Shown: positions 38,156 to 48,648 of the stretch, one piece after another
Position numbering within the stretch: position 1 is the stretch's first letter
Layout: each line of letters opens with the position of its first letter
Assembly: GCF_001194135.2 (NCBI RefSeq)
Contig: NC_069005.1
Span: 30,030,224 to 30,088,353 of the forward strand
Direction of reading: 5' to 3'
Source of the DNA: Octopus bimaculoides
Taxonomy: Eukaryota
Length of the DNA: 58,130 nucleotides
Translations under genes and position numbers: made by a program
The notes under the pieces: model-generated
The model's database searches: none
What the model was told of the DNA's origin: nothing
The model's input: the letters and a program-made list of their open reading frames with translations, nothing else

Positions 38156-38390
38156 GAGCTGGCAGAATCGTTAGCTTGCCGGAAAAAAAAATGCTTAGTG
38201 GCATTTCACCAGTCTTTACATTCTGAGTTCAAATTCCGCTGAGGTCAATTTTGTCTTTCATCCTTTGGGGGGNNNNNNNNNNGGGGGGGGGCGATGAAAT
38301 AAATACCAGTTTAGCACTGGGGTCGAAGTAATCAACTAACCACTTCACTCAAAATTTCAGGCCTTGTACCCATAACAGAAAGGGTTATTA
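38156..38390 (+). mobile_element. SINE family A followed by a long (ATT/ATC)n tail
   Basis: gagctggcagaatcgttagcttgccgg...gagttcaaattccgctgaggtcaattttgtctttcatccttt...caaaatttcaggccttgtaccc...attattatt. Confidence 0.85.
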
Positions 38391-38453
38391 TTATTATCAT
38401 TATCATCATCATCATTATCATCTTTATTATCATCATTATTATCATTATTATTA

Positions 38454-38485
<32 letters not shown>

Positions 38486-39195
38486 TATATTATTATTTAT
38501 ATTATCATTATTATTATTTTGATTATTACTGTTATCTTTATTATTCATTGTTTGAGAAATACATCGATTGTTTCCTTTCATTCTTAATTATTATTATTAT
38601 CATTATTATTATTTTTATTATTATGATTTGTAATATTTATAATTGTTTCATTAATGAAGATTTCTAATCAAAATTAAATTTATAGTAATTTAAAAAGAAA
38701 AAAATCTAATTCATGATGTAGAGACATTTCGATTGGTTGTTTCTTTTGTTGTGTTTAATTATTTATTAATATTTTTGTTGTTTTTTTTTTATATTCACAA
38801 GTTATTTTTGTAAATGAAGAAAATTATAAAGAAAAAACAATCCTTTATTTTCTTTTATATTTCTTTGTTCATAATTCTTTTTTTTTTCTGTTATTTTTTT
38901 TCAACATAACCAATTTTCAAACATAATTTTTCATACTTTCACCTTCTCTCTTTCTCTCTCCCTCTCTTCCCACTCCCCCATTCACACCACATGGCATCCC
39001 CCCCCCCACCAATCTACCATCACCCAGCTTTGCTGCCAGGCTCCACTATCACAATGGGAATCCCCACAACTCCTGCCATGACCACCACCACCACAACCAA
39101 TATGATTTTCGTCATCACCATCACAACTACCAGTATCATCATCATCTCCATGAGTAACATCATCATCATCATCACCAATAATACCACAAAGGCTG

Positions 39196-39380
39196 TGATC
39201 TGGCAGAATTACTACCATGCTGGAAAAATTGCTTAACAGCATTTCTTCTGTCTTTATGTTCTGAGTTCAAATTCTGCTGAGGTCAACTCTGCCTTACATC
39301 CTTCTGGGGTTGAAGTAATCGAACAACCTTCTTCCCCTACAAAATTTCAGGCCCTGTGTCTATTAGTAGAAAGGATTATC
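39196..39380 (+). mobile_element. SINE family A
   Basis: tctggcagaattactaccatgctggaaaaattgcttaacagc...gagttcaaattctgctgaggtcaactctgcc. Confidence 0.8.
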
Positions 39381-39429
39381 TATAATACAACTGCTATCGT
39401 CATGACCACCACCACTACCACCACTTCTC

Positions 39430-39460
<31 letters not shown>

Positions 39461-40394
39461 CCTCATCATCAGTGTACGTTCTTTCAGTTATTGGGATTTT
39501 TACCTCTTCATTTGAACACTTTTCTTGAAACCCCTTTTATTTTCTGTCCCTATCTATTTGCTTACTGACCCCTATACACCTCCATAAACGCATTGCATAA
39601 TCCTGCTGCATCTTTCACTCTTCCCCCTCCCCTCACACACACATACACACACACTCTCTCTCTTCTGACCCTTGGTATTTTCCATGACCAGTCATCCCTA
39701 CTGATGAGTTGTATACTGTGCTCCCTGTCCATTTCTTATGGACTGAGGGGGTGTAGTTTTAATTTAAACCTGACATGTTGTACCTTATATATATGCTATG
39801 TACAGACCCAGTCTAGTATCTCAGCATCCTGTCGCCCCACCCCATCCCAGCAACCCTGCTGTAACTATTATTGATCACTTTCAGTGATTGATTGATTCTT
39901 TAAATGAGACTAATATAGGGCCTTTAATGTTTAATAATGACCAGTTCCTTTCTCTCTCTCTCTCTGAGTTCCCAAACTATCCCTGCCTTTTTGTCTTTAT
40001 TTTTACACCCCACTCTATCAAATCTTTCCTATAACATACTAATACTAATAAAGGATTAAATAAATACTATATAATTTATTATATATGTATTTTTAAGTGC
40101 TCTCACACACAAACACACTCGTAACCGAATATCGATGCTAAATCTTGTTATTTTAATCATGTTCTTCTGAATTTCAGTTTTTCTATATTTGTCATGATAA
40201 AAAAAAAGTAAATAAAAAGAAGCAACAACACAAATATATAATATTGCTAATGTTATTAGAACCTCAATCTTTTGATTTACATAACCATTTTCCCACACAC
40301 CTTGCTTTTCAATTTTTACTTTATGGAATTCTTGGAACTTCACCTTTCACTTTGAACCTTTTAGGTCTGTTCTTTCATTCTCTATAGACATGGG

Positions 40395-40510
40395 GGGTTC
40401 GTGGCAGAACTGGTAGAGCCTCAGACAAAGTACTCTGTAATATTTCCCCTTATGATTTGAGTTCAAATCCTACTGTGATCAACTTTGTCTTTTATCCTTC
40501 TGAGGTCTAC
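40395..40510 (+). mobile_element. SINE family A, diverged
   Basis: gtggcagaactggtagag...gagttcaaatcctactgtgatcaactttgtcttttatccttctgaggtc. Confidence 0.6.
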
Positions 40511-40642
40511 AAGATGATAAATAACAGTAAAATTACTCTATATGCAGCGTTCAAGCCCTGGGCTAGAAAGTTCAACCAACTCCTTCACATAAAGGAGATG
40601 ATCTTGTATGACTTTGGCCCTAAGACTGAATATTTGAAATAT

Positions 40643-40772
40643 TTAGTTACTATATATCCCTTTGTATCCCTTAGTTACTATATATCCCTTTGTATCCCTT
40701 AGTTACTATATATCCCTTTGTATCCCTTAGTTACTATATATCCCTTTGTATCCCTTAGTTACTATATATCCC
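40643..40772. repeat. Perfect 28-bp tandem repeat, 4.6 copies
   Basis: TTAGTTACTATATATCCCTTTGTATCCC four times plus an 18-nt partial copy, with no mismatches seen. Confidence 0.95.
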
Positions 40773-41006
40773 TGACTGCCTATACCACTACCACCACCAC
40801 TACATAGCCACATTGTCAATTAGCATATCTTCCCCACCCCATACCACACTAGCCTACTGTTTGCTACAAACATTTCTTCTTTCTGTGGACAAATGGTTAT
40901 GTTTATATCATTTTTTTTTTCATTTCCATTTATATGTAAAACATGTATGTATTGATGTATATGTATGTATAGAAGATGGCCCCAAAATGTGGATCCATAG
41001 GAAGTT

Positions 41007-41047
<41 letters not shown>

Positions 41048-41048
<1 letters not shown>

Positions 41049-41255
41049 TTTTACATGTTTCAGTCATTTGATTGTGGCAATGCTGGAGCACCACCGTTAA
41101 GGGATATTTTTTAGTCAAACAAATTGACCCCAGGACTTATTTTTAAGCCTATTACTTATTCTGTTGATCTCTTTTGCTGAACTGCTAAGTTACAGGAATA
41201 TAAACATACCAACACCGGTTGTCAAGGTGTGATGGGGGAGACAAACACAGACACA
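41048..41255 (-). mobile_element. SINE family B 3' part, antisense
   Basis: tttcagtcatttgattgtggcaatgctggagcaccacc...gaccccaggacttat...gctgaactgctaagttacagg...gggggagacaaacacagac. Confidence 0.8.
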
Positions 41256-41693
41256 CACACACAAGAAAGGAGGAGGGAGGGAGAGAGAAAGCAGGAGGGA
41301 GGGAGGGAGAGAGGGGAACATTAAAATGTCTGATATTAAAAAAGGTGAGAATCAAGTCAATGATGCCAAATAGGCCTCACCAGAATGGTTGTGCCAAAAT
41401 GTCTTACAGCCACTTAGATCAAATGTTTCCAAAGAGATGAGCTATGGTTGAGTGGTTATTTCAGATCTCTGGACATTAATGAAATGCATTTTCATCTAAT
41501 ATTTCCCCCCCCTTGTGTTTGGTATCAACCCAGAACCCAGAGTTATTGGTGCACTGAAAGAGGTAGACATATCCACTTGCAACGGCATGAGTATATAGGA
41601 AAAGGTCAAAAGTTAATAAGTCAATGGGGCTGAAAATATTCAGATGTCAAAGGTCACCAATTTGAGAACTTATTGTAAATTTTTGAAATTTAA

Positions 41694-41900
41694 CCCTTCA
41701 GTGTTCAAATTATTCTGCCAAATGCTTATTTAATTACATTGCTTAGAATTAAGCATACATTATCTCATAGCTTTGGAATTTCAATGATGTGGTTGTATAT
41801 TTTTAGTATGACATTGTCGACAAGATGTGAAAGGCCAAATCTGGCCAGTTTGAGCATAAAAAAGGGTAGAATATTTGGGCTAAATATGGCCGGTTTAAAT
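41694..41900 (+). mobile_element. piggyBac-like MITE, 3'-truncated copy
   Basis: TTAA at 41690-41693 followed by CCCTTCAGTGTTCA; the interior is colinear with 42700-42919. Confidence 0.65.
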
Positions 41901-42699
41901 AAATTATTTGTTCTCTTTTTATGGATCCAAACTTTTGAGCCAGCTTGTTTACCTGTATGTAAACACACATATCTGATTGTATGTATGTGTGTGTGTGTGT
42001 GTGTGTGTATCTATTAGTTGCTTTTCGTACAAAAAAAAAAGTTTAAAAAAAATAAAAGAATCTTGTGTGTGCTTTGTATATGCTCTTTGTGCAGAATATT
42101 GTGAAGATGTGTTTACGTGTTTCTGTGCTTTGTGTTAACTACTTACAAATTGTGATGTGCTGGGGACCAGCATATCAAAGAATAGACCCAATGTTTCCTC
42201 TGTGTGTCATAAACCACACCAGATGCAGTTAAAGGCATCAAACACATGCATACTTACATATGTGTGCATTCCTCCTATGAAGAGTTCATTTCTGTTTTGT
42301 TATCATTAACGTCACAGTCTTAAATATCCATCGTCTTTCTGTGTTATAGCAAAACTACACTGAGGGAGATTGTTTTTTTTGGTTGCTATTTCTGTTGGGT
42401 TGTGTAACCATACAATGGCTTCCTTGTTCCCAGGCTATGACAAAAGAGACTACATACTCAGAGTGCTGTGTTACATCACTCTCACAGTTTGTGTAGTAGC
42501 CTAGTAATCAACCAACCAGGCAGGATTATTACGAATGAATTGTTTTATACTGTACCAGGTCATTCATCTGTTCCATAAATCTATTCATTCAGGGCTCACT
42601 TGATTGTTAAAAAACATTGGTGACTTTAGAGCCAATTTACCCTTTTCTCTCCTCTTCTTTGTTACTAAGAAGAAGATTATTAAATAGAAATCTGTTTAA

Positions 42700-42919
42700 C
42701 CCTTTAGCGTTCATATTTCTTTTTAAAATGTAATGCTTGTTCATTCAAGTTATTTTGAATTAATCACAGATTATCTTGTAGCATCAAGATTTCAACAGTG
42801 TGTTTGTTTATTTTAAGAATGACATTGTAGGGTAGGTACGAAGGGCTGGATCTAGGCAGCTTTAATATAAAACAGGTGAAATATTTGGACTAGAGATGGC
42901 TGGATTAAATGCTAAAGGG
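42700..42919 (+). mobile_element. piggyBac-like MITE, intact, with TTAA target-site duplication
   Basis: TTAA (42696-42699), then CCCTTTAGCGTT...AATGCTAAAGGG, then TTAA (42920-42923); 220 bp. Confidence 0.85.
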
Positions 42920-43009
42920 TTAATGTTTCTCTGGTTAAGAATCCTTAGTAAAATTTTACACTCTTAATGCTGATATAAAAGGGGCAAACTGAAAGAATCA
43001 TTTGCATGT

Positions 43010-43170
43010 TGAACAAAATGCTGAGCAGCATTTCATCTGGCTCTTTATATACTGAGTTCAATCCTGCTGAGGTCAACTTTACCTTTCATTCCTTCGGGAT
43101 TGATAAAAATAAAGTACCAGTGACATACTGGGGTCAATGTAACCAACATGCCACCTCTCCTCTAAAAGAA
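43010..43170 (+). mobile_element. SINE family A
   Basis: gaacaaaatgctgagcagcatttc...gagttcaatcctgctgaggtcaactttacctttcattccttcgggattgataaaaataaagtaccag; another fragment lies at 43968-44065. Confidence 0.75.
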
Positions 43171-44637
43171 ACAATTTGCTGGTCATGAACCCTGCCCTTT
43201 CAAGGCAATGAATGTTATGATCTTGGTTACTGACACACCACAGAGACTGGGTAACTGGCCCTGTGAGGCCTAGGGCTTAAAAAAAAAAAGAAATACTGAT
43301 ATATTGCTTCTTCTTTTTTGTTGTATGTTTTTGTGTTTTTTTTATGGTTCTCTTTCTCTCTTCCAATCCATTGTAAAAATTGTACCATTTTGTTCCACAG
43401 CTTTTGTTCATGATTGAAATGTATTTCCCATTCTCCCCACCATCACCTTGTTTCTATGTTTGGCTCTGATATTGGTAAAACATAACCATTCCTCTTCATT
43501 GTCACCCTCCTCCTCTTCATCCTCCTCCATGTTTGAGATGTTCATATTCCAATGTGGATAAATTTTGTTTTTCTTTCATCTCTGGTCTCTGAAGTGTTAT
43601 TTTTATTTATTTTTTTTTTTTACACCCAATTTAACTTTTGCTATTGTTGCTATAATTGCTTTTATTAATTAATAATTTTTTTGTCATTTTCATGTGGATG
43701 GGGTGGGGTGGGGTGGTGCTGTTTCTTTTTTTTAAAAAATGCTTTTGTTTTTAAGTCTCTCCCCCAAACATCATTATCTTCCCTACCTCCCTTCCATTTT
43801 CGTTTTTTTTTTTTTTTTTTTGTATCTGATGCTGCTTTCTGTATCAGTGGTGACCGCTAAGTGTGTGATCAGGTACCTGTTTATAGGCCACCCCTTTCTC
43901 AACCCCTTTCTCTATGCAGACATTCGCCATTATCATTTTTTTTTTACTATTCAATACNNNNNNNNNNGGTAGACTTTGCCTTTACATCCTTTCAAGGTTG
44001 ATAAAATAAGTATTAGTTGAACCCTGGGGGTCTGAAGTAATCAACTTGCTTGTCCCCTCAAAATTAGAAAGAACTATAGAGATTCAGTGATAAGCAATTT
44101 CTCCACTCCTTCCATGCCCTCCACTTACCTTCTGTCATATTCCTCAGGCTGAACTCTTCTTAACATCCTATTCTTGCTTTCTGCCAGTCAACTGTTACCA
44201 CTTACTTGTTTGTACTTGTGGTGGTATTCATCTTGGGTTGGTTAAGCCAGCCCCAACCAAGGAGTTCACCACATCCCTCCTGAATGATAGACACATCCAG
44301 TGGCTGGCCCTAACATTCCAGCAGGCAAAGCAATGCTTCTGTCTGCACCCCAAAAATCCAGCTTACAAATTTGACAAATGCTCCAGTGGGAGAGCAAGTG
44401 CGTTGGACAACGTGGACACCATACCTGTAGTCATTCGTTGTTGAGGTGTAGGGGTTCATGTTTGAAGTTTCAGAGGGATCACAAGCTCCTGTGTCCTTCC
44501 GGCCCCTAGTCACATGAATACACAATTTGAGATTGTATGCTCCATGGCAGCTCATCATGCTGTCACAAAAGATATGGCTGAAACAACTTAAACCATATGT
44601 CTTCACTAAGGTAATCTTATTCCCTAAAGGGATGAGT

Positions 44638-44939
44638 GGGGGCTGGCCCACCTGAGGCCTGCGGCCCACAGACTTTTATCTTGCGGCCCACTTGATACTT
44701 TCTTGAAATGGGTTTGTTTAAACAAACATGTTAAAAATTTTATCCAAAATTAAAGATTATAATGAAAAGTAGTGTTTTTTGCAATGATACTTCATGTTGA
44801 ATCAACAATGATTCGTTCATTATTGTAATAATAGCATGAGAAAGCTAAATGCTTTCAATTCTGTCAGTATACAAGCGGCCCTCAAAAAACTTTCCGTGAT
44901 TAAAGTGGTCCGCACTGTAATTCGAGTTGGCCAGACCTG
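44638..44939. mobile_element. hAT/Charlie-like MITE
   Basis: Left end gggctggcccacctgaggcctgcggccc with repeated gcggccc motifs; right end gagttggccagacctg (reverse complement caggtctggccaactc). Confidence 0.5.
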
Positions 44940-45045
44940 CCTTGGCTCAACAACTGGCTTACATGTCAGTGTTAATAACCAAGGCCTATTGTCTGATTAC
45001 TTCACTGGAGTCAAACAAGAAACAACATGTTTTATTATTGCTGTC

Positions 45046-45480
45046 AGCTGATAGAATCGTGAATACGTCACACAAAACGCTTGGTAGCATTTCTTCCAGC
45101 CCGCTTTCCATTCTGAGTTCAAATTCTGCTGAGGCCAACTTTGCCTTTCATCCTTTTGGGAGCCAATGAAACAAGTACCTGTCGAGCACTGGGGGTCAAT
45201 GTAACCAACTTAGTCCCCTTCTCCAAAAATTTCAGGCCTATTTTGGAAAGAATTATTATTATTATTATTAATATTTGAGCTTCTGACAAAATGTCTTGTA
45301 ATATGTTGTGAAACTTTTAAATTCTGAGTTCAAATTCCTCTGAGGACAAATTTGCTTTTCATCCCCTAGAATTGATAAAGTAAATAGTCAGTCAAGTACT
45401 TTGGATGGGAGGGGGGAGGGGTAATTGACTAAACCCCTCCCCTCAAAACTGCTGGCCTTGTGCCAAAATTTGGAACCTTT
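45046..45480 (+). mobile_element. Two head-to-tail SINE family A copies
   Basis: 45046-45260 and about 45280-45480 each carry gagttcaaatt...gagg..aa.tttgc.tttcatcc and end in ggcct...ttgg; they are separated by (ATT)n. Confidence 0.8.
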
Positions 45481-45942
45481 GTTATTAATGAAATATCAAG
45501 TTACTGTACAAGATAAATGTTGAACGATTACATTTGATTGAAAGCACTCTGAGGAGTCACTCAGCAATGTAAGGGTTAACTCTCACTCCACTGCACCACA
45601 CACACGCACACTCTCTCTCTCTCTTTTCCACACATACTCTGTCTCTCTCTTTGTCACTTCCTCTCCCACACCTTCACATAAACACAAGCAAATCCTCACA
45701 AGAAAGTTTCGTCCCCCTTCCCTCGACCATCTTCCTCCTCTCTTCTCCCCCCACCTCAAACCTTGGTCCCTGATCACACACACACACATACGCACGCACA
45801 CACAAACACACCTATCTTCATATATTGCTGATGTTGTCATTGTTGTATGACTCCATGTTTTATCTTTACAGTTTCCGTATTGTAAGTATTACCTGTTGCT
45901 TGACATCTTGATTCAGTTTCAAAACTCACCAGCCACAACCCA

Positions 45943-45977
<35 letters not shown>

Positions 45978-46146
45978 CTCATATACACAATTATATTGAT
46001 CAATTATTGGTTCTTAGAAAACTTGCTTTTTTTCACCCTCGTATGTATACGAATTGTAGGTACGTATGCATAAGTACATATACATGCAGACACATATGTT
46101 TATATATTTGCATGTGTCTATTTCCCTATGTGTATATGTTTTTATG

Positions 46147-46213
<67 letters not shown>

Positions 46214-46266
46214 TAATATATCTGTATTGTTATGGACATTTCCTAATTCTTGTTCTGTTCTTGCAG

Positions 46267-46340
46267 CTGGCCGTACTACAACTAATGAAGAACTAGAAGA
46301 CATGTTAGAATCTGGGAATCCAGCCATTTTCACACAAGGG
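46267..46340 (+). CDS. STX1A: Syntaxin-1 exon (exon 7 equivalent), linker: (T)GRTTTNEELEDMLESGNPAIFTQG
   Basis: Acceptor gttcttgcag|CT GGC, donor GGG|gtatgt; 74 nt; EELEDMLESGNPAIF motif. Confidence 0.97.
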
Positions 46341-46643
46341 GTATGTATTTATTGTTATTCCTGGCAGAATCATTAGCACACTTTGTGCATTATTTGTAAC
46401 CTTCATCATGTCTTTGTCCTTACATGTTTTTAATTTATATTAGCCCTTGTGGCCAATAAAACCAGAATTAATTATTATTATTAATGTGTTGAATTGAGAG
46501 AATCATTAGTGCACTGGACAAAATGCTTAGTAGCATTTCTTCTGTTTCAATCCATTTTGAATGCAATGAAGAATTTAGTAAAATAATTTTGTTGTTTGAT
46601 TGTTTTTTGTAATCCTTGCCTAATTTTTGTTTCTCTCTTTCAG

Positions 46644-46781
46644 ATAATAATGGAGACCCAACAAGCTAGGCAGACATTAGCAGATATTGAGGCCCGACAT
46701 GAGGATATTATCAAATTAGAAAATAGTATAAGGGAACTACATGACATGTTTATGGACATGGCTATGTTAGTAGAGAGCCAG
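46644..46781 (+). CDS. STX1A: Syntaxin-1 exon (exon 8 equivalent), Qa-SNARE N-half: [46 protein letters not shown]
   Basis: Acceptor ctctctttcag|ATA, donor CAG|gtaggg; 138 nt; ends at the ionic-layer Gln (VESQ). Confidence 0.98.
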
Positions 46782-47444
46782 GTAGGGAAGTTTTTATATA
46801 TATATGTATATATATTTGTGTGTGTGTGTGTGTATGTGTGTGCATATAGCAGATTTTGCTTATTGGGGTTGGCTACCATATTTTCCAGCATACAAATCAG
46901 ATTTTACTGGCCAAAATTTACAACCCCTTCGTAAAACGGGTAGGTTGAATTATACACTAAGACGACTTTGGAGGACCAAAAAGTCCACGTGAAATGCAGC
47001 AGGATTTGGAAAGACGGTATTGATGTTTGAATGTTTATACTACGTTTGAATGTTTATACTACGTTTGCACTAAATACTATGTTGGCTTGTATGCTGGTAA
47101 ATAGAGTTTATTGTGTGAGAGCCATGGAGAGCAGTTCATGCATACATACATATATGATGATGGATTCTCTCATCATGAACAACAAAATTTAGGGTTCAGT
47201 CATGTTCTATGGACATGAATATGTCTCTTGAGGCCTGCTGGTGCCTTGCAATTTTTCGGCAAGGAGAGAACAAGTTGAAGACCTGGTTTGCTCTATTGTT
47301 TTGGGATCATTTACTGTGTGTTCTCTTGAGTGAATGGCAAGAATGCTTTGCTTTGTGCCACAAAACCACAATGACAGGTAAAGTTTCCATTTAGAAGAGC
47401 AGTGTTTTACCAGCGTGCCTTGATATATATATATATATATATAC

Positions 47445-47522
47445 AATTAATATTCAATTTTTTCCTTATTTAAATTTATATATATATATAAATTTAAATA
47501 AGGAAAAAATTGAATATTAATT
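47445..47522. repeat. Perfect 78-bp AT-rich palindrome centred on (TA)n
   Basis: AATTAATATTCAATTTTTTCCTTATTTAAATTTATATAT followed directly by its exact reverse complement. Confidence 0.95.
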
Positions 47523-47602
47523 TGATTAATATCAATTGAAACCAGTGGCCTAGCGTATTGAAAAAAACTGAAGATTCAGAAAAATTATATTACATACATA
47601 TA

Positions 47603-47780
47603 AGAGGGATGACCACTAGGTGGATATCCAATATGCTAAATGTAGACCCCATGTGGCAGTTTGTTTTGCTCGCTTACATTCTGGCGTTTGCTGAATTTTC
47701 TTGAGAACAATCTTTTCTTAGTGGTCAGACCACATGGGGTCTACATCTAGCATATTGGATGTCCACCTAGTGGTCATCCC

Positions 47781-47783
<3 letters not shown>
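47603..47783. mobile_element. MITE-like element with 54-bp inverted arms
   Basis: agagggatgaccactaggtggatatccaatatgctaaatgtagaccccatgtgg (47603-47656) matches the reverse complement of 47730-47783 with 2 mismatches; TA-rich flanks. Confidence 0.85.
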
Positions 47784-47812
<29 letters not shown>

Positions 47813-48537
47813 GCTGTTGCTATTAAGTAGAAGAGTCGTAAATCTAAAACGTTGCTTTTTCAGAAAATGAAAAAATAGTTTCACCATTCCATAGCAAAAC
47901 TGTTGTACAACACTTTTGACAATTTTTGATACCTTGGCATCTGAAGTAGCTGGAGATACGATAGTTTGACCACAAAAGAACCGGCTATTCGAAGCAAAAT
48001 TAAATATTGATAAAAACATATTTGGCTAACTTTGGACATATGACAGTTTAACATAATAACAATGATATATATATATATATATGTATAATTTGAGGACAAT
48101 TATAATCCTCATTACCATAAAGAGATAGTGCAGGGGAGAGTGAGAGTATGTGTGTGCAAGAAATATATTTTGTGGTCTGAAAACTTTAGAAACAACTGGC
48201 AAAGATGTTTTTTTTTTTCTCATACATGCTCACATATATCTGTATACATGCATGCACGCACTTGTCCAGATGCATAAACACACACACACACACTCATTCA
48301 GATGTCTCTCAGAATTTGGAAAAGAGTTTAAAATGGACTTGGATAGTAAACAAAATACCTCAATCAAAACACTTCACTCAAACAGATTGCTTTACTCAAG
48401 TGCAGTGCCCTGCTCCAACACAAAATACCTCACTCATACAGAACACCTCTCTAAGACAGAATGCCACACATAAACAACAACACACCACCACCACTAATAT
48501 TTCATTCCTTCTATTCTTACCTTTTCTGTAACTCCAG

Positions 48538-48648
48538 GGTGAAATGATTGATCGAATAGAATATAATGTTGAAGCAGCAGTTGACTATATAGAAACAGCA
48601 AAAATGGATACAAGGAAAGCTGTGAAATACCAAAGTAAAGCCAGACAG
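48538..48648 (+). CDS. STX1A: Syntaxin-1 exon (exon 9 equivalent), Qa-SNARE C-half and juxtamembrane: [37 protein letters not shown]
   Basis: Acceptor gtaactccag|GGT, donor CAG|gtaagc; 111 nt; [12 protein letters not shown] and [10 protein letters not shown] motifs. Confidence 0.98.

Larger units (their letters stand above)
13114..48648 (+). other. STX1A: Syntaxin-1 gene, partial span (six internal coding exons; 5' exons and TM exon not visible)
   Basis: Six AG/GT-bounded exons join in frame (phases 1,1,0,1,0,0,0) into a continuous syntaxin-1 sequence. Introns are 3248, 12565, 17082, 303 and 1756 nt. The symbol reflects family recognition, not strict 1A versus 1B orthology. Confidence 0.97.

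Noticed and set aside
44240-44620. Possible LINE endonuclease start (CWNVR) on the minus strand
   Set aside because: Only one short motif matches, and the downstream catalytic motifs were not recognisable.
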